From: a virus
Reading direction: 5' to 3' (one strand)
DNA: 64,000 nt
IMG/VR virus record: IMGVR_UViG_3300042049_000003
Location: 5,949 to 69,948 of that record
The notes beneath the pieces are model-generated. The model saw nothing but the letters and a program-made list of their open reading frames with translations, made no database searches and was not told the origin of the DNA. Position 1 is the first letter of the stretch. Each line of letters begins with the position of its first letter. The position numbers were made by a program, and so were the translations under genes. Shown one piece after another: positions 56,225 to 63,394 of this stretch.

Positions 56225-58816
56225 ATGGATAAAAGACAAAATTTCTGTATTGTACTTCCACCACCGAATGTGACAGGGACTTTACACATTGGACATGCTC
56301 TCAATAGTACGTTGCAGGATATTCTTATTAGATGGCGTCGCATGTGTGGTGACGATGTTTTGTGGCAGCCAGGCGTAGATCATGCTGGGATAGCTACTCA
56401 GATGGTTGTGACTAGAGAGCTTGAAAAAGAGCATGGTGTTGGATGTGTTTCTGGCATGGATCGTGACACTTTTCTTTCGCATGTATGGGCGTGGAAGAAA
56501 AAATCAGGTTCAAGGATTAAAGAACAGTTAGACCGCCTTGGGGCATCGTGCAATTGGGAGCGGGAACGCTTTACGATGGATGAAGAATTTTCTCGTGCTG
56601 TACGACATGCCTTTGTAACATTATACAGAGAAGGGTTGATTTTTCGTGATCATCGCCTGGTAAATTGGGATCCCTATTTAGAGACTGCTATATCAGATTT
56701 AGAGGTTGTTTCCAAGACAGTTCAAGGAACATTGTGGTATTTCCAATATCCCATAGAAGGTTGTAAGCAAACAATTACAGTCGCAACAACTCGTCCAGAG
56801 ACTATTCCAGGAGATACAGGGATAGCAGTTCATCCTGATGACAAGCGCTATAGGGGATTGATTGGTAAATTTGCAATTCTGCCAATGGTCGGTAGAAGAA
56901 TACCGATTGTTGCGGATAGTCATGTAGACCAGACTTTGGGGACGGGTGCTGTCAAAATTACACCTGCGCATGATATGGATGATTTTCAGATAGGCAAACG
57001 GCATAACCTGCGTAGCATTAACATTATGGACGTATCTGCTCACATTCAGCTTGCTGGAAATGAGGATTTCCTAGAGGGTTTGCCCGAAGAATCATCCAGA
57101 GAAGTTTCTGCAACGATAGATGCTCTAGATGGTTTGGATCGCTTTGCTGCAAGGGATTGGATTGTCAAGCATTGTGGTGAAACAGGTATTTTGGAAAAAG
57201 CTGTAGACCACGAGCATGTAGTTCCTTTTGGAGATCGTTCAGGAGTTCCCATAGAACCTTATCTCACATACCAATGGTTTGTTGATACGGCAGACATGGC
57301 TAAAAAAGCGATTGAAGTTGTAGAAGACGGGTCTATTAAATTTCATCCTGAGTCAGTGAAAAAAACCTACCTTAGTAGGTTAGAGACAATAGAACCTTGG
57401 TGTATTTCAAGGCAATTGATGTGGGGTCACAGAATTCCTCTATGGTATTCTGAGGATGGAGAGATATTTTGTGCAATATCAGAAGAAGATGCTCATAAAC
57501 AGGCAGAGAGTCACTTTAGGTTCGATGTTGAGTTAACTCAAGATACAGATGTTTTGGATACATGGTTTTCCTCTGCACTATGGGCGTTTGTAACTTTGGG
57601 ATGGCCTAACTCTACAATAGAGTTAGAGAAGTACTTTCCTAGTTCAATCTTAATGACAGGGTTTGACATTCTTTTCTTCTGGGTTACACGTATGATTATG
57701 TTCAGTTTGTATTTCATGAAAGATTTGAAAGGTGATGGGATTATTCCTTTTCGAGAGGTGTATATACACGCTCTTGTTCGTGATGAAAAGGGTCAGAAGA
57801 TGTCTAAATCCGCAGGGAATACTATTGATCCTTTGGACTTATGTGACAAATACGGTGTTGACGCTTTACGCTTTACCCTTGCATCTACTGCAACAATGGG
57901 GCAAGACATTAGAATTTCTGAAAGCAAAATGGAAAGCTGCCGTAATTTTTGTACAAAGATTCGGAACGCTGTAAAATACTGTCTGATAAACGAAGCCTTG
58001 CCACAGATAGGGTTTAATTCACAGACAGCGAAACATCCTATTAATAAATGGATTGTAGGTAGAAGTGCCTCGTTAGTAGAATCTGTAAGTTCTTCTCTTA
58101 AGGGATACCATTTTAATCGAGCAGCTGATAGAGTGTACTCCCACGTACGAGAGGAATTTTGTGATTTATATCTTGAGTTTTCCAAAGTCATTTTTTCTAA
58201 AGGGTCGTCTGAAGAGAAAGAAGAAACTAAAGCATGTATGGGATGGGCTGTGGAGAGAGTATTACAGGTTTTACATCCTTTTATGCCTTTTCACACACAA
58301 GGTCTTTCCTCTCTATTACAATGTAGTGGAAGTCTACAAGTCTGGCCTACGCTAGAAGAGCAAGAGAATGTACCACATGTTGACTTGATGGTGGTTTTGA
58401 TTGCAGAGATTAGGTCAATTCGTGCATCACTTAACATTTCTCATTCACAAGTATTCTGTATAAGTTTAGGTGACCTACCCGTCTATAATCTACACCAGAT
58501 TATAGAGGATTGTGCCAAAGTTAAGTGTAAAGAGGGGTTACAAGGTAAAAGTCTAGGTCTTTATATAGGGTCTTCAAAGGTAGAACTTTTTATTTTTGAT
58601 GAACTAGATTCAGACAACCTTATATCCACAACCACTAGAAAAATAGAAAGGGTAAATTTAAATATGAGTGTTATGAACAATCGTCTAAGTAATCCAGAGT
58701 TCATTGAGAAAGCTTCACCTTTTGCAATCGATAAATCTAGAAAGGATTTAGAAACCTTAGAGACAGATAAGCAAAATCTTCAGAAACTATTATGTCAATT
58801 GAAAGGTGTGGAATGA
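56225..58816 (+). CDS. valS: Valyl-tRNA synthetase
   Basis: LPPPNVTGTLHIGHAL (HIGH), DHAGIATQMVV, TTRPET and GTGAVKITPAHD editing domain, WCISRQLMWGHRIP, GQKMSKS, anticodon helix bundle and C-terminal coiled coil. Start ATG 56225 after GGAGG. Confidence 0.97.
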   Translation: MDKRQNFCIVLPPPNVTGTLHIGHALNSTLQDILIRWRRMCGDDVLWQPGVDHAGIATQMVVTRELEKEHGVGCVSGMDRDTFLSHVWAWKKKSGSRIKEQLDRLGASCNWERERFTMDEEFSRAVRHAFVTLYREGLIFRDHRLVNWDPYLETAISDLEVVSKTVQGTLWYFQYPIEGCKQTITVATTRPETIPGDTGIAVHPDDKRYRGLIGKFAILPMVGRRIPIVADSHVDQTLGTGAVKITPAHDMDDFQIGKRHNLRSINIMDVSAHIQLAGNEDFLEGLPEESSREVSATIDALDGLDRFAARDWIVKHCGETGILEKAVDHEHVVPFGDRSGVPIEPYLTYQWFVDTADMAKKAIEVVEDGSIKFHPESVKKTYLSRLETIEPWCISRQLMWGHRIPLWYSEDGEIFCAISEEDAHKQAESHFRFDVELTQDTDVLDTWFSSALWAFVTLGWPNSTIELEKYFPSSILMTGFDILFFWVTRMIMFSLYFMKDLKGDGIIPFREVYIHALVRDEKGQKMSKSAGNTIDPLDLCDKYGVDALRFTLASTATMGQDIRISESKMESCRNFCTKIRNAVKYCLINEALPQIGFNSQTAKHPINKWIVGRSASLVESVSSSLKGYHFNRAADRVYSHVREEFCDLYLEFSKVIFSKGSSEEKEETKACMGWAVERVLQVLHPFMPFHTQGLSSLLQCSGSLQVWPTLEEQENVPHVDLMVVLIAEIRSIRASLNISHSQVFCISLGDLPVYNLHQIIEDCAKVKCKEGLQGKSLGLYIGSSKVELFIFDELDSDNLISTTTRKIERVNLNMSVMNNRLSNPEFIEKASPFAIDKSRKDLETLETDKQNLQKLLCQLKGVE

Positions 58817-59817
58817 TTTCTTCAAAAGAGAAAGACTTGTTAAACAAACAACTTTTACAAATGCTTTACACAGGGAGTGAAGAGTGTGTTTTAAAGTTGC
58901 TTAAAGCAGGGGCAGACGTGAATGTGAACAATTCATTCACGTATTCCTTATTGCATCTAGCGTGTATAAAAGGGTACACAGAGGCTGTTAAGTGGATGAT
59001 AGATAAAGGAGCAGATGTTAACCTAATTAATTCCATTGGACAGACACCTTTCCATTACGCATGTAGGCACGGTTATGTAGAGATTATGAAGCTTCTTATA
59101 GAAAATGGAGTAGACATATATTTATTTAATAACGACGGTTACTCACCACTACACCTTTCATGTATTTATGACCAGAAAGAGTCTATCTTAGAACTCCTTA
59201 AAAACGGCGTAGACATCAACGTTCAGAGAGTGAATGGAGAATCACCTCTTGATCTTGCTTGTATAAGGGATAATAAAGATATTATTCAGATCTTGTTAGA
59301 TAATGGGGCAAAAGCTTTGTTGAAAGATAGTAACAAGCTTTCTACTTTGTCTAAAGCTCGTATTTCTGATAATGAGGAAGTTGTTAAATTACTTGAGACT
59401 GGTTTAGATGTTTTGAATAAAAATCAACATGAGTTAAATTGCACTCTTATTAGTGCTTGTTATAAAGGACATCATGATGTTGTCATATCTACGATAGAAG
59501 AAGGAGCAGACATAAATAGTATTAGTGAACATGGTAAGTCTGCATTATTCTTGTCGTGTAAGCATGGACATACAAGTATTGTTAAGTATCTTCTTGAAAA
59601 AGGTGCAGACGTGAATATAGCTGATAACTATGATAACACTCCTTTGTATGTTTCCTGTTCGAAGGGCTATTCGAAAACTGTAGCTTTATTACTAAAAAGT
59701 GGTGCAGATGTCAATCAAGCTAGTGTAAATCGTGAGACCCCTTTGAATTGCGCAAGGAGAAAGGGTTATACGAATTTAGTAGAGTTACTTGAGAGCTTCA
59801 TAATTTACTCTGTATAG
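58813..59817 (+). CDS. Ankyrin repeat protein (about 8-9 repeats)
   Basis: Overlaps the valS stop; GQTPFHYAC, GYSPLHLSC, GKSALFLSC. Confidence 0.95.
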   Translation: MISSKEKDLLNKQLLQMLYTGSEECVLKLLKAGADVNVNNSFTYSLLHLACIKGYTEAVKWMIDKGADVNLINSIGQTPFHYACRHGYVEIMKLLIENGVDIYLFNNDGYSPLHLSCIYDQKESILELLKNGVDINVQRVNGESPLDLACIRDNKDIIQILLDNGAKALLKDSNKLSTLSKARISDNEEVVKLLETGLDVLNKNQHELNCTLISACYKGHHDVVISTIEEGADINSISEHGKSALFLSCKHGHTSIVKYLLEKGADVNIADNYDNTPLYVSCSKGYSKTVALLLKSGADVNQASVNRETPLNCARRKGYTNLVELLESFIIYSV

Positions 59818-59851
59818 AATAAAGAAAGGAAATAAAATGGTTAAAACGAAA
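59809..59851 (+). repeat. Conserved gene-junction repeat (copies also at 53738-53773, 54463, 62754-62796, 63373-63407; weaker at 53296, 54880, 55610, 61404, 61501)
   Basis: (TCTGTAG)AGAATAAAGAWAGGAAATAAAATGRTTRAAACGA. 35/36 identity between 53738 and 59816, 40/43 between 59809 and 62754, and 35 bp identical between 62760 and 63373. Confidence 0.9.
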
Positions 59852-60646
59852 AATGTAACAGAGTTTAGGGGTTTGATTTTAACCGAAGAGCCAACAACAT
59901 CGAAACAAGTTCTTGTAGTGCATCCTGATATACGATCAAGAATAGACAAAATTATTCATGAGTTTAGACAGAGAGCCAAACTGAAATCACACGGCCTGTC
60001 TCACCGCAGGAAAATACTTTTGGTTGGGCCTCCTGGAACAGGTAAAACAATGACGGCGAATGTGTTGGCGCATGAGCTTCGTATCCCACTTCATACAATA
60101 CAAGTTGATCGTCTTGTAAGTCAGTATCTCGGAGAAACCAGCACAAGACTAAGACGGGTATTTGATTTCATGAAAGAAGAACTTGGTGTTTATTTCTTTG
60201 ATGAGTTTGATTCTATTGGTGGGGATAGAGGTTTAAGTAATGATGTTGTAGAAATGCGCCGTGTTTTAAATTCGTTCTTGCAATTTATAGAGCAAGATAT
60301 GTTGGATAGCATTGTTATTGCCGCAACGAATAACCAGGAACTTTTAGACAAAGCACTGTTTAGGCGTTTTGATGATGTCCTGTATTATAGTAACCCTACA
60401 GATGAGGAAAAACAACAATTGATAGAAAATGTATTAGGAACATTTAAACCTAAAGATTTCATGTGGGATCGTGTTATAGAGAACAGTTCTAATTTGTGTC
60501 ATGCAGAATTAGTTTCCGCCTGTCTCGACGCTGTTAAAAATGCGGTATTAGCAGATGAAAAGAAAGTTAGTGATTCAGACCTTTGTGACATGATTAACAA
60601 TAGAGAAGGTGAATACCATGTAATAGAGACTAAGGTTATTTCTTAA
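59837..60646 (+). CDS. AAA+ ATPase of the type normally paired with an S8 peptidase (IetA-like)
   Basis: GPPGTGKTMTA, YLGETSTRLRRVFD, YFFDEFDSIG..R...NDVVEMRRVLNSFLQFIEQD, IAATN, DKALFRRFDD. Confidence 0.85.
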   Translation: MVKTKNVTEFRGLILTEEPTTSKQVLVVHPDIRSRIDKIIHEFRQRAKLKSHGLSHRRKILLVGPPGTGKTMTANVLAHELRIPLHTIQVDRLVSQYLGETSTRLRRVFDFMKEELGVYFFDEFDSIGGDRGLSNDVVEMRRVLNSFLQFIEQDMLDSIVIAATNNQELLDKALFRRFDDVLYYSNPTDEEKQQLIENVLGTFKPKDFMWDRVIENSSNLCHAELVSACLDAVKNAVLADEKKVSDSDLCDMINNREGEYHVIETKVIS

Positions 60647-60687
60647 CATTTACGGGTCAATCACTTGATAATGTTGAGATAATAGGT

Positions 60688-60706
60688 TTAACAAGAAACT
60701 TGTTAA
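60688..60706. promoter_or_regulatory. 8-3-8 palindrome upstream of ankyrin gene 60727
   Basis: TTAACAAG-AAA-CTTGTTAA. Confidence 0.5.
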
Positions 60707-60726
60707 GAGAATGAAAGGTATATTTA

Positions 60727-61371
60727 ATGTTTCCATCACGTTCAAGGGTCAATGTAGTTCCTATTGATACACGACAACCACCACAAAGTGGTGAACCTTT
60801 AAAAGAGTTCGTTAGTATTGTGGATATTATGAAAAGATACCCACCACCAGAGAAACCTGCTCGCAAGTCTTCACCGAAAGATTCTTCAAGCTCTGCGTCG
60901 AAAACTTCTTCAAGTTTTGCAGAGATGACTCGTAGCTTTGCAGATATGTCGGCTAGAAGCTACTACAAAAAAACACCTATATCACATGACGGTTTCAGTC
61001 CTCTTCATTATAACAGCGCAACAGGTCGTTTACTCCGTGTTCGTGAAGGTTTGATTAGCGGTGCTAATATTAATAGTAGAGATCAAGACGGCGCTACCCC
61101 TCTTCACCTAGCTTGCTTCTACGGTAAGTTACCAGTCATTAGACAACTTCTAATGAGCAAGGCAGATTTAACAATTCGAGATTTTAAAGGTTTTACAGCC
61201 TTGCACAGCGCTTGTATGTGTGGACATCCAGGGTGTGTTAGATCACTTCTAGTAGCAGGTGCTGATACGCATGTTAGAGATAATGAAGGTCGTACACCTA
61301 TCAACATTGCTCGTAATCACAAGCATTATCCAGTTGTAAACCTCCTAATGGCTAAAGAATTCAACCATTAA
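60727..61371 (+). CDS. Ankyrin repeat protein with Ser/Pro/Lys-rich disordered N-terminus
   Basis: About 88-aa leader (PPPEKPARKSSPKDSSSSASKTSSS) followed by 3-4 repeats. Confidence 0.93.
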   Translation: MFPSRSRVNVVPIDTRQPPQSGEPLKEFVSIVDIMKRYPPPEKPARKSSPKDSSSSASKTSSSFAEMTRSFADMSARSYYKKTPISHDGFSPLHYNSATGRLLRVREGLISGANINSRDQDGATPLHLACFYGKLPVIRQLLMSKADLTIRDFKGFTALHSACMCGHPGCVRSLLVAGADTHVRDNEGRTPINIARNHKHYPVVNLLMAKEFNH

Positions 61372-61415
61372 TATAGTCTATAGTTCCTATCTTTCACTTA
61401 TTGAAAGGAAATAAA

Positions 61416-62555
61416 TTGTCTAACACGAAAGATTATGATAAACCCTTGCATATCGCATGTGAATTAGGACATATGGATATCAAAAATCTCTTAGAAGAAA
61501 ACATAAAGAAAGGTAATAAAATGATTAATGAGAACTGCAACTCACCTCTACATAAGGCATGTTTAAAGGGTCATATGAATGATGTTCAATTCCTCCTCGA
61601 AAACGGCGCAAACGCCAACACGCCTAATGAGTATGGTAAGACACCATTACATCTCGCAAGTAGAAACGGTCATTCAGACGTTGTAAAACTACTCCTAAAA
61701 AATAACGCGTGTGTAAACACTGAGAGGGGTAACGGGAAGATACCACTGTTTATCGCATGTTTAAAGGGTCATACAAAGGTTGTTGAATTACTCCTTTCAA
61801 GTAACGCAGATGTCAATGGGGTTAATGAGGATGGAGAGACTCCACTTCATCTCGCATGTGTTGGGGGTCATTCGTGTGTTGTTGAAGAACTCCTCGACAA
61901 TGGTGTAGTTGTTAACGTGACTAGTGAGTTCGGCCACACACCTCTACATATCGCATCTGCTACAGGTAATACGAATATTGTTCGATTACTCCTTAATGCA
62001 GGTGCGGAGGTTAATATACAAGATCAAGATGAAGACTCACCACTACATCTCGCATGTTGGAAAGGTCATACGGATGTTGTTCAATTACTTCTTAATGCAG
62101 GTGCGGAGGTTACTACACAAGATAAGAATGACAATACACCTCTGTTTATCACATGTTATAGAGGTCATACGGATGTTGTTCGATTACTCCTTAATGCAGG
62201 TGCGGAGGTTAATATACAAGATCAAGATGGCAATACGTCTCTGTATCATGCATGTTATAGAGGTCATACAGAGATTGTTCAACTCTTCCTCGACAATAAC
62301 GCAAACGTCAATGTGACTAGCAATAGCGGTTGGTCACCTCTGAATATTGCATGTTTAGAGGGTCATAAAGAGATCGTTCAATTACTCCTAGAGAATGACG
62401 CAGATGTCAACTCGATTAATAAGGATGGAGAGACTCCACTACATCTCGCAAGTGTTGTGGGTCATACAGAGATTGTTAAACTCCTCCTTAAAAACGGCGC
62501 AGCCGTCAACGTGAAAGATAGTGGTCACCCAGGCACCTGTACAACTGGCAAGTGA
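61416..62555 (+). CDS. Ankyrin repeat protein (about 10 repeats) with a fused partial unit at the N-terminus and a frameshifted last repeat
   Basis: TTG 61416 or ATG 61521 follow junction motifs. The terminal helix continues in the +1 frame at 62533-62616. Confidence 0.9.
   Translation: MSNTKDYDKPLHIACELGHMDIKNLLEENIKKGNKMINENCNSPLHKACLKGHMNDVQFLLENGANANTPNEYGKTPLHLASRNGHSDVVKLLLKNNACVNTERGNGKIPLFIACLKGHTKVVELLLSSNADVNGVNEDGETPLHLACVGGHSCVVEELLDNGVVVNVTSEFGHTPLHIASATGNTNIVRLLLNAGAEVNIQDQDEDSPLHLACWKGHTDVVQLLLNAGAEVTTQDKNDNTPLFITCYRGHTDVVRLLLNAGAEVNIQDQDGNTSLYHACYRGHTEIVQLFLDNNANVNVTSNSGWSPLNIACLEGHKEIVQLLLENDADVNSINKDGETPLHLASVVGHTEIVKLLLKNGAAVNVKDSGHPGTCTTGK
61978..62031 (+). repeat. 54-bp exact direct repeat (second copy 62176-62229, 198 bp = two ankyrin units apart)
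   Basis: TTGTTCGATTACTCCTTAATGCAGGTGCGGAGGTTAATATACAAGATCAAGATG. Confidence 0.9.
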
Positions 62556-62675
62556 GTCAAGTCATGTGGAGATCATAAATCTGTACAACAAGTCTGTAGA
62601 CAATCCTACCCACTAAGTGGTACAAGAGGTCTCCTTAAGGTATAAGAAACCTTTGATTTTTAAAGTTAATGTTAT

Positions 62676-62714
62676 AGAGAGTCCATTATGAATAATTTTG
62701 GGCTCTCTTTTTTT
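62676..62714 (+). terminator. Probable intrinsic terminator
   Basis: AGAGAGTCC...GGGCTCTCT stem (one G-U pair) followed by a T tract. Confidence 0.7.
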
Positions 62715-62781
62715 GTATAATTATGCACCTGTATAAAGAGAGAAGTCTACAAGTCTGTAGAGAATAAAGATAGGAAATAAA

Positions 62782-63393
62782 ATGGTTGAAACGAAAGATG
62801 AGAATGGTGACACACCACTGAATCTCGCATGTGCATGGGGTCATATAGATGTTGTTAAAGAACTCCTCGAAAACAGCGTAACCATCAACACAGCTAATAA
62901 GTATGGATACTCACCCCTGCATTTCGCATGTAGAGGAGATCATATAGAGATTGTTGAACTCCTCCTTAAAAACGGAGTAAACGTCCATATGACTGATAAG
63001 TATGAACAGTCACCACTACATTTCGCATGTATGTATAACCATACTGATATTGTTCGACTCCTCCTTAAAAACGGCGCAAACGTAGACATGGTTGATGAGG
63101 ATGGTGGCTCACCACTACACGTAGCATGTGAGTGTGGGCATACGGATGTTGTTCGACTCCTCCTAGAAAACGGCGCAGACATCAACAAGGTTGATACCGG
63201 TGGCTGGTCGCCACTATATTTCGCATGTTTTGAGGGTCATATAGAAGTTGTTAAACTCCTCCTCGAAAACGGCGCAGACGTCAACACAGTTGATAAGTTT
63301 GACCAGACACCTCTGTATATCGCATGTTTATATGGTCATATGGAGATCATAAAACTGTTAGAAGCACACATCGAGAATAAAGATAGGAAATAA
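62782..63393 (+). CDS. Ankyrin repeat protein, near-consensus class (6 repeats)
   Basis: GDTPLNLAC, GYSPLHFAC and similar; ends ENKDRK. Confidence 0.95.
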   Translation: MVETKDENGDTPLNLACAWGHIDVVKELLENSVTINTANKYGYSPLHFACRGDHIEIVELLLKNGVNVHMTDKYEQSPLHFACMYNHTDIVRLLLKNGANVDMVDEDGGSPLHVACECGHTDVVRLLLENGADINKVDTGGWSPLYFACFEGHIEVVKLLLENGADVNTVDKFDQTPLYIACLYGHMEIIKLLEAHIENKDRK

Positions 63394-63394
63394 A

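Noticed and set aside
60688-60706. CtrA binding site
   Set aside because: The TTAA half-sites are 11 bp apart, not the TTAA-N7-TTAA consensus.
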